24,000 bases of DNA. It comes from an uncultured Coxiellaceae bacterium. Its GTDB lineage: Bacteria > Pseudomonadota > Gammaproteobacteria > UBA9339. The first letter of the stretch is position 1. The number at the start of each line of letters is the position of its first letter. The position numbers were made by a program, and so were the translations under genes. Below, piece after piece: positions 15,740-24,000 of this stretch. The notes beneath the pieces are model-generated. The model was given only the letters and a program-made list of their open reading frames with translations, had not been told where the DNA came from and did not search any database. The DNA lies in assembly GCA_964535195.1 (NCBI GenBank), contig CAZHSI010000019.1, forward strand, positions 1,209-25,208, read 5' to 3'.

Positions 15740-17002
15740 TTATTGCGGCGCAATTTTTATGATAATTTCTCGAGTTTTGCTGGTTTCTAAGTCTGTTTTG
15801 TTGATATTAAGGTTAATCATTTCTGCTGGTAAAAAACTATTTCCTTCTTTGCTAGCAATTACTTTGTCGCCAAGGTATGCCTTAATTATGCTGTTTGGGT
15901 AAATGTTTTTTACGCGCAATGATAAGCTAACTGTATTAGCGATATTAATTACGTTTATTTTTTGCGGGACAATATAACTAATGCCGTCTGCTGCTACCAC
16001 ATCGTGGGTAAAACCACTGGCCAATTGGTTTTTGATATATTGTGCGGCTCCATAACCTGCAAGTTCGCCTTCACTACTGACAAAGTCCACTAAATCGTGA
16101 ATATGTAAAACGTTACCGCAGGCAAATATACCCTCTTTACAGGTTTGTCTTAATTCGCCAACAATCGGGCCATGGGTTTTGGGATCAAGATCTATAGCGG
16201 CATGGCGCGAGATTTCGTTTTCTGGAATTAAACCCACCGCTAGTAGAACGGTATCACATGGGATAAACCTTTGGGTAGTTTCTATCGGTGTTAAAGAGCT
16301 ATCTACCTCGGCTATAGTTACGCCTTCAACCCGTTCTTTGCCGTGAATTTTCGTGATGGTTGTTTTTAGTAGCAGTGGAATATTAAAACTAGTTAAACAT
16401 TGCTCAATATTTTTGGTTGAACCATTAGAGTAGGGTAAGATCTCAAGTACGGCTTCAACTTTTGCTCCTTCTCGTGCCATCCGCCGCGCTGTAATTAAAC
16501 CAATGTCACCTGAGCCTAAGATAACTATTTTTTTTCCTGGTAGACAACCATTAATATTGATTAGCTTTTGCGCAGTCCCGGCGGTATATACCCCAGCTGG
16601 CCTGCTGCCATGAATTCTAATGGCTCCACGAGGTCTTTCTCGGCATCCCATGGCAAGTATGACGGCTTTAGTTTTAATTTTTATATATCCGTCTTTACTA
16701 TTAATAGCGTGTATTGTTCGATCGGGTGCTATTTTTAATACTGTCGTGTCAGTTAGAAAATCAATGTTGGTTTGAAGGATTTTTTGGGAAACCAATTGAC
16801 TATATTCTGGTCCGCTCAACTCTTGTTTAAATTGATGTAAACCAAAGCTCTGATGTAGGCATTGATTTAAAATGCCGCCAAGTTTTGTTTCACGCTCAAT
16901 AATTAAAATATTTTGAATGTCGTTTTTGTGTGCAGCAAGAGCTGCTGCCATGCCAGCTGGGCCACCGCCAATTATTACTAAATTATAATGTTGTAAGGCC
17001 AT
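15740..17002 (-). CDS. FAD/NAD(P)-binding pyridine nucleotide-disulfide oxidoreductase (NADH-oxidase-like partner subunit of a G3PDH-like flavoprotein)
   Basis: 420 aa with two Rossmann dinucleotide motifs, LVIIGGGPAGMAAA and KIVILGSGDIGLITARRMAREGAKV, plus GIFACGNV. The start lies 3 nt after the stop of the upstream flavoprotein gene, so the two form an operon. Confidence 0.8.
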   Translation of the reverse strand: MALQHYNLVIIGGGPAGMAAALAAHKNDIQNILIIERETKLGGILNQCLHQSFGLHQFKQELSGPEYSQLVSQKILQTNIDFLTDTTVLKIAPDRTIHAINSKDGYIKIKTKAVILAMGCRERPRGAIRIHGSRPAGVYTAGTAQKLININGCLPGKKIVILGSGDIGLITARRMAREGAKVEAVLEILPYSNGSTKNIEQCLTSFNIPLLLKTTITKIHGKERVEGVTIAEVDSSLTPIETTQRFIPCDTVLLAVGLIPENEISRHAAIDLDPKTHGPIVGELRQTCKEGIFACGNVLHIHDLVDFVSSEGELAGYGAAQYIKNQLASGFTHDVVAADGISYIVPQKINVINIANTVSLSLRVKNIYPNSIIKAYLGDKVIASKEGNSFLPAEMINLNINKTDLETSKTREIIIKIAPQ

Positions 17003-17005
17003 ATT

Positions 17006-18436
17006 CTATTTGGGTCTCTTGTTTACCAATAACGAGTTGCCACCTTTTTTCGTTATTTTTTCTTTAGGAATTTTTAATTCCTCGCTAATTATTTCCATGA
17101 TCTTAGGAGTACAAAACCCACCTTGACATCTTCCCATACCAGCACGAGTACGGCGTTTGATTGCATCTAATGAGTTAATCGGAATTTCGCGATGAAGCGT
17201 TTCACGAATTTCTCCCAGAGAAACATTTTCGCAGCGACACACTATACAACCGTAGTTACAATCTTTTTTGATCAACTGATTGATGTCCTGCTCTGCCATG
17301 TTGGCTATTTTTTTATAAGGTTCACGGTAAGGGTTGAAATTTTGTTTAATGGAGAGCGTTACTAGTTTAGTTGTGGCGATGATTTCTACAATATGTTTGG
17401 CAATCGCCGGGGCGGCGGTTAAACCAGGTGATTCGATGCCGGCAGCATTAATAAAGCCTTTGATTTCAGTTTCGCCAATAATGAAGTCGTGGGTGCTCGG
17501 GATGGCGCGATTGCCAGTAAAACAGGTGATGACTTTTTGTAAATTAAAGCTAGGTAAAGATCTTTTTGCAGTAGCGATAATATCGTTAATATTTTGTTCT
17601 TCAGTATCTAGGTGGTCTTTATCTGCAATTTCAGTTGCATCTGGGCCAATCAATAAGTTGCCATGGGAGGTTTTTGTTACTAGGATTCCTTTGCTGATGG
17701 TACTTGGAGTTTGAAATATGGTGCTGTTAATTAATTGTCCTTCATCTTTATCAAAGAGCAAATACTGCCCTTGGCGTGGTTTGATGATAAAGTCATGAAG
17801 GCCAACCATCTGAGCAATTTCGTCTGCATGTAGGCCGGCAGCGTTAATTACTATTTTTGTGGTGATTTTTCCTTCACTAGTTGTTAGGACAAAGTGATCT
17901 GCAACTTTTTGTATTGCTGTAACTTGCGTATGTAATTTTAAGGCAACTCCATTTTGGATAGCGTTTTCTACTAGAGCAATAGCAAATTCATAAGGGGAGA
18001 CTACCCCAGCTGTCGGGCAATATAGTGCTACGGTTATGTCTTTATTTAAATTTGGTTCTTTATTTTTGACAAAATTACCGTCAACGATTTGTAAGTTGGG
18101 AACACCATTAGCTAGGCCATAGGAATAAAGTTCTTGGATTTTTTGTTTATCTTTTTCGTCAAAGCCAATAACAAAAGAGCCGTTTTGGGTAAAGCCAAAT
18201 TTTAGCTCATCATCAAGCCTTCGGTACATGAGATTTCCCTTAGAGGAAAATTTTGCTTTGATACTTTTCGGGTTTTCAGCATATCCCCCATGAACGATGC
18301 CACTATTTGCTTTAGTGGCGCCAGTGCCTACGTCATCATTTTTTTCTATTAAACAAACTGTTAGGTCGTATTGTGCTAGCTCTCTGGCTATTGCTGCACC
18401 AATAATACCGCCGCCAATTATACTGACATCATACAT
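17006..18436 (-). CDS. FAD-dependent oxidoreductase of the DAO / anaerobic glycerol-3-phosphate dehydrogenase-like family, with a C-terminal BFD-like [2Fe-2S] domain
   Basis: 476 aa. The N-terminus is MYDVSIIGGGIIGAAIARELAQYDLTVCLIEKNDDVGTGATKANSGIVHGGY (GxGxxG FAD fold). The C-terminus is CIVCRCENVSLGEIRETLH...IKRRTRAGMGRCQGGFC (BFD-like Cys pattern). Confidence 0.8.
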   Translation of the reverse strand: MYDVSIIGGGIIGAAIARELAQYDLTVCLIEKNDDVGTGATKANSGIVHGGYAENPKSIKAKFSSKGNLMYRRLDDELKFGFTQNGSFVIGFDEKDKQKIQELYSYGLANGVPNLQIVDGNFVKNKEPNLNKDITVALYCPTAGVVSPYEFAIALVENAIQNGVALKLHTQVTAIQKVADHFVLTTSEGKITTKIVINAAGLHADEIAQMVGLHDFIIKPRQGQYLLFDKDEGQLINSTIFQTPSTISKGILVTKTSHGNLLIGPDATEIADKDHLDTEEQNINDIIATAKRSLPSFNLQKVITCFTGNRAIPSTHDFIIGETEIKGFINAAGIESPGLTAAPAIAKHIVEIIATTKLVTLSIKQNFNPYREPYKKIANMAEQDINQLIKKDCNYGCIVCRCENVSLGEIRETLHREIPINSLDAIKRRTRAGMGRCQGGFCTPKIMEIISEELKIPKEKITKKGGNSLLVNKRPK

Positions 18437-18593
18437 TAATTTTTCTCCGCGGAATTTTATATTTGTTTGCGGTTATCTAATTTTTTGACAATCTACAGAG
18501 TTTCTCTGAATTTGTCATGTTCTTTACTTATATTAGGTGTGGTGATACATTGCCTATAGAAATTTATTAACCAATTTATAAAATTTAAACAAT

Positions 18594-19349
18594 ATGAAAC
18601 AGGAAATCTATAATAAAGAATATGCTATTGGTGAAATTATTGTAGGATCTTGGCATAGTTTTAAAGAGAATTTCCAGTTGATTCTATGGGTAACTTTGAT
18701 CGTTCATTTACCAATTAATACCTTAGTGGCTTTTTTTCCTATTGATAAGTTTATGAAAGCGAAGGGGTTTTTGCCTGGTTTTAAACTGTATCTAGGGGTT
18801 AGCCAGCTTATTGAAGGTTTAATTGGTATAATTGCAGTTATGGCTATCGCTTATATTGTTAAAGCCGGAGTGGATGGACAGGTAATTGGTCTAGGACAAG
18901 CACTTAAAAAGTCTTTATCTAAATGGCTAGCGGTAATTGGAACCAATATAATGTTATCCATATTTTTATTTGGTTTAACTTTATTATTAATAGTTCCGGG
19001 AATTATCTATGGTGTTTATTGGGTATTTTCATTATATGCAGTTGTTTTCCAAAATAAATTTGGCAAAGATGCCATGAATTATAGCAAGGCTATTGTGAAA
19101 GATAGGTGGTGGAGGGTTATCGGTTACTCTCTGGTAATTGGATTAATTACTGTAACTATGATGCTTTCTTTGGGGTTTATTTTGAGGGCATTTTCAAGTT
19201 TTATTCTCCCAGACAATTTTTCCTTTAATATTATAAGTAGTATTATAAGTGACACTGTAATTGATTTTGTATCTACATTTTTTACCGTGGGGTCAGTAAT
19301 ATTTTTTATCAATTTTGATAGTACCAAAAAGCAGTTACCCCAGAGTTAA
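18594..19349 (+). CDS. Polytopic inner-membrane protein of unknown function (YciC/DUF975-like architecture)
   Basis: 251 aa with at least five long hydrophobic segments. The central LLLIVPGIIYGVYWVFSLYAVVF...AMNYSKAIVKDRWWRV resembles the YciC-type pattern from memory. The functional call is weak. Confidence 0.7.
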   Translation: MKQEIYNKEYAIGEIIVGSWHSFKENFQLILWVTLIVHLPINTLVAFFPIDKFMKAKGFLPGFKLYLGVSQLIEGLIGIIAVMAIAYIVKAGVDGQVIGLGQALKKSLSKWLAVIGTNIMLSIFLFGLTLLLIVPGIIYGVYWVFSLYAVVFQNKFGKDAMNYSKAIVKDRWWRVIGYSLVIGLITVTMMLSLGFILRAFSSFILPDNFSFNIISSIISDTVIDFVSTFFTVGSVIFFINFDSTKKQLPQS

Positions 19350-19360
19350 ATTTATTTCAC

Positions 19361-19386
19361 GCGGCAAGCTTCGAGGAAATTTAGAT
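19361..19386 (-). repeat. Dispersed intergenic repeat, copy C (left-end fragment only, inverted orientation)
   Basis: The reverse complement of gcaagcttcgaggaaatttagatt is aatctaaatttcctcgaagcttgc. This is identical to the first ~24 nt of copies A and D and stops at the centre of the palindrome. It lies directly after the stop of the 18594-19349 gene. Confidence 0.65.
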
Positions 19387-19520
19387 TGTAAATTGAAAAC
19401 ATGATGACGAGTTTTATTCAACAATCCAGCATGGAAAATAAAAAAGTGGCAAGAAAAACTCGCAATGAGTTGATCCTATGAGGGAGTGGTTTTATTCTAA
19501 AACCTAAAAACATGAGGTTA

Positions 19521-20813
19521 TTAGTAAGATTTTAGCCAAGTGGTACGGCAGTAGGTTTCTTTAATCCCAAAAATACTAACTAGAGCGGCAATTAGATAGC
19601 AAACAGGTAATGTTGTAAGAGCTACTTGATAAGCATGTAAGCTATATATGTAGACATTATTTTCGCTTACTCCCGAGCCACTCATATCTAAAATTTTACC
19701 AATTAACAGTGGAAATAATAAGCCACCAGCGACGATACACATATTGTTGAAGCCATTGGCCGTACTATTTGTGTGTGGTGAGTGATTATCTTTAATGAGA
19801 GCAAACGACAAAGTTTGGCCCGCGGAAGCAAATCCTAGAGTAAACATCAGGATGTTTAATATAATTGCATTAATATTAGTTAAAAATATTATGAATATCA
19901 TGGCGATCGCGCCGGCAATAGCGCACATAGTCATAATAATGCAACGTCTTTCAATAATATCTGAAAGCCAGCCGATGAGAGGGCTAGCGATAGCTATTCC
20001 AGCCCAAATGTAAACAATAGCTTGGGTTGCTGCTACATTGTCTAGGTGACAACTTAAGTGTAAAAACTGTGCTCCCCATGGCCCGGCGAATCCCATGATT
20101 TGTGCCCAGATAGCAAAGGAGTATATGCCAATTAGCCAAGTTTCTCGGCTGTGCAATACGGTTTTTAAATTGTTACGGATAAAATCTTTCTTCGGTTGAG
20201 GTGATGCTACAGTTGCTAAGCCTGCTGGTTGGTTACGAATAAGGCAAGCTATAAGGATAGCTAAAATAAAGCCAGCATAAGCAAACCAAATAGTGATTGT
20301 GCGCCAATCAAAATATCCGAGTAGTATGGCAAATGGCTTACTACCTATAGCGCCACCGAGAGAGCCCATCATTTCCACAATACCAGCAAAGAAGGCAAAA
20401 TAAACTGGTGGGACCCAACGTATGGCTAAATGTAATACGCCAATAAAAGCACACGATGAGGCCGCGCCAATGATTAGGCGAGCAATGGCCGCTATATAAA
20501 CATTAGGTGCGACTGCAAATAGTAATACTCCAAAGGCACAAATAGCCGAGACTAAGGTTAAAATTATTCTTGCGCTGTAACGGTCTAAAAGTAAGCCAGT
20601 GGTTAGTTGTAATGGAGTATAAGAGTAATAAAAGCATGCATAGATAAAGCCATATTTCGTAGCATCAATAGCAAAATCTTGCATAAGTTTTTGTGCAATG
20701 GCCCCAGGGGAAACTTGGATAATAAACTCATAAAGGTAAAAGCACGATGCTAGGAGTAAGATTACTACAGCTTGTAACGTGATCTTTTCGGTAAAGATTT
20801 TTTTTTGCGACAT
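19521..20813 (-). CDS. MFS-family transporter
   Basis: 430 aa with about 12 hydrophobic helices in a 6+6 arrangement around a central loop (RNQPAGLATVASPQPKKDFIRNNLK). A GLLLDRYSARI-type loop 2-3 motif (D-R-x-x-x-R) is present. Confidence 0.85.
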   Translation of the reverse strand: MSQKKIFTEKITLQAVVILLLASCFYLYEFIIQVSPGAIAQKLMQDFAIDATKYGFIYACFYYSYTPLQLTTGLLLDRYSARIILTLVSAICAFGVLLFAVAPNVYIAAIARLIIGAASSCAFIGVLHLAIRWVPPVYFAFFAGIVEMMGSLGGAIGSKPFAILLGYFDWRTITIWFAYAGFILAILIACLIRNQPAGLATVASPQPKKDFIRNNLKTVLHSRETWLIGIYSFAIWAQIMGFAGPWGAQFLHLSCHLDNVAATQAIVYIWAGIAIASPLIGWLSDIIERRCIIMTMCAIAGAIAMIFIIFLTNINAIILNILMFTLGFASAGQTLSFALIKDNHSPHTNSTANGFNNMCIVAGGLLFPLLIGKILDMSGSGVSENNVYIYSLHAYQVALTTLPVCYLIAALVSIFGIKETYCRTTWLKSY

Positions 20814-20908
20814 GGTTTTTTTTGATGAGTTTTTTTATGATTCTACCTGGGGAAGAATGAAGGGGTCAAGTTTTTGAATTTGTATGTATTTAATGTTATG
20901 TTAGAGAT

Positions 20909-21574
20909 ATGGTCAAAATCCTTGCACTCGACACCTCAACTGATGCCTGTTCTGTAGCTTTGTCTCTCAATACTCTTAGTTATGATCGTTTTATTGTGGC
21001 GCCAGCTGCTCATACCAAATTTATTTTACCGATGATTGATGAATTATTGTCCCAGGCTAAGCTTGATTATAAAGAGCTTGATGCTATAGCTTTTGGTCAT
21101 GGTCCCGGAAGTTTTACTGGAGTACGATTAGCTGCAAGTGTTGCACAAGGTTTGGCTTTTGCCGCAAATCTCCCAGTTATGGGTATTTCAACTTTACGTG
21201 CTTTGGCTCAAGAGGTTTTAGTGGAGGAGGGTAGGTCACAGGTTTTGGTTGCTCAAGATGCGAGAATGAAGGAGATTTATTGGGGGGAATATCGAGTCGA
21301 TAGTGTTGGCATTATGCAGCCTATTGTTCCTGATAAATTGATTAAACCAGAAGTCGCTCTGGTTGGTTCGTATTATGGTTTTGTTGGCGTTGGTAATGGC
21401 TTTGATGTTTATAAAGATTTGTTTAGTCAGAGTGATCTGCCAATTATAGCCAAACAATATGTTCGAGCAAAATATGTCGCGGAGTTGGCGGTGGCTGATT
21501 TTGCTAGTGGTGGTATGGTTACTGCAGAAAAAGCTTTGCCGATATATTTACGGGAAAAGGTGGTGCAGATATAA
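20909..21574 (+). CDS. tsaB: tRNA N6-threonylcarbamoyladenosine (t6A) biosynthesis protein TsaB (YeaZ)
   Basis: 221 aa. The sequence MVKILALDTSTDACSVAL...LDAIAFGHGPGSFTGVRLAASVAQGLAFA is a classic TsaB/YeaZ N-terminal ASKHA fold signature. Confidence 0.9.
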   Translation: MVKILALDTSTDACSVALSLNTLSYDRFIVAPAAHTKFILPMIDELLSQAKLDYKELDAIAFGHGPGSFTGVRLAASVAQGLAFAANLPVMGISTLRALAQEVLVEEGRSQVLVAQDARMKEIYWGEYRVDSVGIMQPIVPDKLIKPEVALVGSYYGFVGVGNGFDVYKDLFSQSDLPIIAKQYVRAKYVAELAVADFASGGMVTAEKALPIYLREKVVQI

Positions 21575-21618
21575 TGCATTTTTGTAAAATAAATGTCACG
21601 TATTAATGGTCTAGTTGT

Positions 21619-22026
21619 ATGCTAAAGCATTGCACAAAATTTTGGTTATTGGGGTTGCTACTGATTGTTGCGGCTACTTATGCCAAGTATCCTAAGGTAG
21701 TTGTTAGTGATTCTGCTAAAAGTATTATCGTAAAGAAATCTAATCCAGTCTTTGAAATTGTTTTGCAGTCTAATCCAACCACCGGATATTCATGGTTGTT
21801 AAAAAACTATGACAGTAATCTAATTATTCCTGTGGCCCATAAATTTTTTTCGCCTGAAAACAAGAAATTAGCAGGCGCTCCTGGTTACGAAAAATGGGTA
21901 TTTCAAGTAAAACCTACAGGTTTTGTTGTGCCACAGTTAACCAGCATAAGCTTAATTTATATGCGCCCATGGGAGGAACAGGGGGCGCAAGTTTTTAACT
22001 TTAAAGTGGTGACCACACTGAATTAA
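21619..22026 (+). CDS. Secreted chagasin-family cysteine-peptidase inhibitor (MEROPS I42 / ICP)
   Basis: 135 aa with a signal peptide (WLLGLLLIVAATYA). It has the family-defining LQSNPTTGYSW motif (NPTTG loop) followed by GAPG and a W-containing loop, and the size is typical of the family. Confidence 0.8.
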   Translation: MLKHCTKFWLLGLLLIVAATYAKYPKVVVSDSAKSIIVKKSNPVFEIVLQSNPTTGYSWLLKNYDSNLIIPVAHKFFSPENKKLAGAPGYEKWVFQVKPTGFVVPQLTSISLIYMRPWEEQGAQVFNFKVVTTLN

Positions 22027-22028
22027 AA

Positions 22029-22156
22029 TTTAAATTTCCTCGAAGCTTGCTTCGAGGACAAAGCAATGGGGGATGGTCAAGGGGGAGAAGTAAAGCTTAT
22101 CCACCTTGACTGAACCACGTGGTTTGTACCACGTGGCGAGTCTAAACTTGATTAAA
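22029..22156 (+). repeat. Dispersed structured intergenic repeat, copy D (longest copy)
   Basis: tttaaatttCCTCGAAGCttGCTTCGAGGacaaagcaatgggggatgGTCAAGGgggagaagtaaagcttatccaCCTTGACtgaACCACGTGGTttgtaCCACGTGGcgagtctaaacttgattaaa. It contains a 20-bp palindrome (22038-22057), a 7-bp-stem hairpin (22076-22082 / 22104-22110) and two CCACGTGG palindromes. It fills the chagasin-upp intergenic space. Confidence 0.8.
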
Positions 22157-22176
22157 TTTTCACATAGGATATAAAC

Positions 22177-22830
22177 ATGCCGATTAACCAACACGATATT
22201 TTTGCCAACTTCCATGAAGTCCAACATCCATTATTGCAACATAAACTTACTTTGCTTAGAAAAAAGGATACAAAAAAGAAGGAGTTTAAAGAGTTGGTAG
22301 GTGAAATTAGTACTTTGTTGGTTTACGAGGTAACCAAAGAGTTGCCTTTAGTTAATGAGTCTATTGAAACGCCCCTTGAGACTTGTGAGATGCCGGTGCT
22401 CGCTGGCAAGAAGCCAGTAATTTTGGCAATTCTGCGCGCTGGTGTTGGTATGGTAGATGGTTTTTTAAGTCTTATGCCATCAGCGCGAGTTGCCCATATT
22501 GGACTTTATCGAGATGAAGCTACCTTAGAACCCCACATGTATTATTTTAAAATACCCTCTCATAGTAAAGATCGACAGTTTTACATTTGTGATCCCATGT
22601 TGGCTACGGGTGGCTCTGCAGTTAGAGCTATTGACAAGTTGAAGAGTGTAGGTGTGAAAAAAATTGTTTTTGTTTGTATCTTGGCAGCTCCGGAAGGTGT
22701 TGAACGGGTGTACCGCGCTCATCCTGATGTACCAGTGTTTGCAACAAAATTAGATCGTAAGTTGAATAAAAAAGGTTATATTTTACCTGGTCTTGGTGAT
22801 GCTGGTGATCGAATGTTTGGTACAAAATAG
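22177..22830 (+). CDS. upp: Uracil phosphoribosyltransferase
   Basis: 217 aa. It carries VQHPLLQHKLTLLR, the PRPP-binding loop ICDPMLATGGSA, and the C-terminal YILPGLGDAGDRMFGTK characteristic of Upp. Confidence 0.92.
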   Translation: MPINQHDIFANFHEVQHPLLQHKLTLLRKKDTKKKEFKELVGEISTLLVYEVTKELPLVNESIETPLETCEMPVLAGKKPVILAILRAGVGMVDGFLSLMPSARVAHIGLYRDEATLEPHMYYFKIPSHSKDRQFYICDPMLATGGSAVRAIDKLKSVGVKKIVFVCILAAPEGVERVYRAHPDVPVFATKLDRKLNKKGYILPGLGDAGDRMFGTK

Positions 22831-24000
22831 ATGAAAACTAATAAACAAAAAGTAGCAAAGGTTTTTGATGCGGTGGGAGGGGTTGAGCATTACTTAGAAC
22901 AAGTGCTTGCCAATATTTCTTGTCACCTATTTTGTTTGGATAGACGTGGGGTTTTTTTGTGGTCTACTGATGATAACGCTCGATTTTTAGGGTTTAAGTC
23001 AAGAAATGATCTTGTGGGTTTATCTTTTACAGAAGTTATACAGCGTATTCCTTGGTTCACTGACAATATTGCTAAGTGGCGGCAAGAACATTTGGAGATT
23101 ATTACAACTGGCAAGCCAAAGTTGAGAGTTGAGACCGGTCCGTTTTTTTCATCAACGGGGGAGGAGTGCTATTATCTTATAAGCCGCATGCCGTTTATTG
23201 ATAACGAAGGTAAGACTATTGGCGTGACGGTGGTTGCTCTCGATATCTCTGATCGGAAGAGAAGCGAAAAATCACAAAGAGAGCAAGTTGTTATTGAGAG
23301 AACTTCAGGATTTATGCAGATGTTGGCAGGGAGTATTGCCCACGAGCTTAGAACTCCACTTGCCATTATCAGTATTAGCGCTGACCTGTTGCAAACTTCC
23401 CAGCATTTTGCTGTTGCTGATAGTGTCGAGGGAAGTGGTTTAGAAAAGCACTTAAAGTCTATAAAACATGCGGTCAAGTTGTCCTCTTATGTTATAGACA
23501 ATATGTTGGTAATGCTAAAAACCCTCGTCCTCGGGATGAAAACAGGAGATGGTTTTAAGAAGCTGTCTATAGCAGATAGTGTATCCCAAATATTACAAGT
23601 CTACCCTTTCTTAGATCATGAAAGATCTTTGGTTAAAGTTGAACCGTATGGAGGGAAAAACTTTTTTTACCAAGGGGATGCTACACTAACGCAACATATT
23701 TTATCCAATTTAATTAGAAATGCTTTGATTGCCATCAAAGAGGCTGGTAAAGGTGAGATTAAGATAGGTTTTGACGCCGACAGTAAATATAATATTTTAA
23801 AGTTTACTGATACCGCTCTTGGCGTTGCCAAGGAAAGATTATCCGAAATATTTGGGTATTTTTCTAGCAATAAACAAGTAGGAGCAGGTTTGGGTTTGGC
23901 GTTTTGTAAAAAAGTTATGAAAATTTATGGCGGTGACATTGATTGTCGGTCGGAACTTGGTAAATATACCGAGTTTAGTTTAAAGTTTCCGAAGTCGTAG
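22831..24000 (+). CDS. Soluble PAS-domain sensor histidine kinase
   Basis: 389 aa with no TM segment. The N-terminal region is PAS-like (FLWSTDDNARFLGFKSRNDLVGLSF...YYLISRMPFIDNEGKTIGV). It has H-box IAHELRTPLAIIS, N-box LSNLIRNALIAI, D/G1 FTDTALGV and G2 GAGLGLAFCKKVM. The ATG directly abuts the upp stop (TAGATG). The ORF is complete, with its stop at 23998-24000. Confidence 0.88.
   Translation: MKTNKQKVAKVFDAVGGVEHYLEQVLANISCHLFCLDRRGVFLWSTDDNARFLGFKSRNDLVGLSFTEVIQRIPWFTDNIAKWRQEHLEIITTGKPKLRVETGPFFSSTGEECYYLISRMPFIDNEGKTIGVTVVALDISDRKRSEKSQREQVVIERTSGFMQMLAGSIAHELRTPLAIISISADLLQTSQHFAVADSVEGSGLEKHLKSIKHAVKLSSYVIDNMLVMLKTLVLGMKTGDGFKKLSIADSVSQILQVYPFLDHERSLVKVEPYGGKNFFYQGDATLTQHILSNLIRNALIAIKEAGKGEIKIGFDADSKYNILKFTDTALGVAKERLSEIFGYFSSNKQVGAGLGLAFCKKVMKIYGGDIDCRSELGKYTEFSLKFPKS

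Noticed and set aside
9551-22156. Dispersed repeats considered as integron attC sites, given the recombinase remnant and their position just after stop codons
   Set aside because: The flanking genes are housekeeping genes in mixed orientations. The ends fit the RYYYAAC / GTTRRRY cores only loosely (gtctaaac / gtctcaac). There is no intact intI with attI.
22030-22227. 65-aa minus-strand ORF between the chagasin gene and upp
   Set aside because: It spans the dispersed repeat copy D and the upp start region. The repeat occurs elsewhere without this frame, so the ORF is fortuitous.

Overview
This is an AT-rich Gram-negative chromosomal window. Gene content suggests a gammaproteobacterium, but that is inference and no search was possible. 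The core genes are:
- a PBP4-type penicillin-binding protein;
- a tightly coupled five-gene efflux operon (TetR regulator, NodT-type outer-membrane lipoprotein, HlyD-type adaptor, 924-aa RbbA/YhiH-like NBD-NBD-TMD ABC protein, YhhJ-like ABC-2 permease);
- a G3PDH-like / NADH-oxidase-like flavoprotein pair;
- a polytopic membrane protein, an MFS transporter, tsaB, a chagasin-family (I42) cysteine-protease inhibitor, upp, and a soluble PAS histidine kinase.

The accessory part is 9.4-15.7 kb, centred on an intact tRNA-Ser(GGA). On the 3' side of the tRNA lies a decayed islet. It holds a frameshifted and truncated IS5-family transposase, an internally deleted IS3-family element that appears to keep both terminal inverted repeats, about 700 bp of very AT-rich gene-free DNA, a tandem ~168-bp repeat, and one intact orphan 450-aa ORF with no motif I can recognise. 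Each repeat unit carries a Shine-Dalgarno (SD) sequence, a 30-codon small ORF (sORF) and a hairpin followed by a T-tract. On the 5' side of the tRNA lies a secreted acid-sphingomyelinase-like metallophosphoesterase, whose stop codon abuts a degenerate copy of the tRNA-Ser 3' half.

A structured ~100-130 bp intergenic repeat family occurs at least four times in the window. A broken tyrosine-recombinase gene sits at the left edge.

The best candidate for something undescribed is the orphan ORF together with the convergent tandem sORF repeat. I cannot assign a function from sequence alone.
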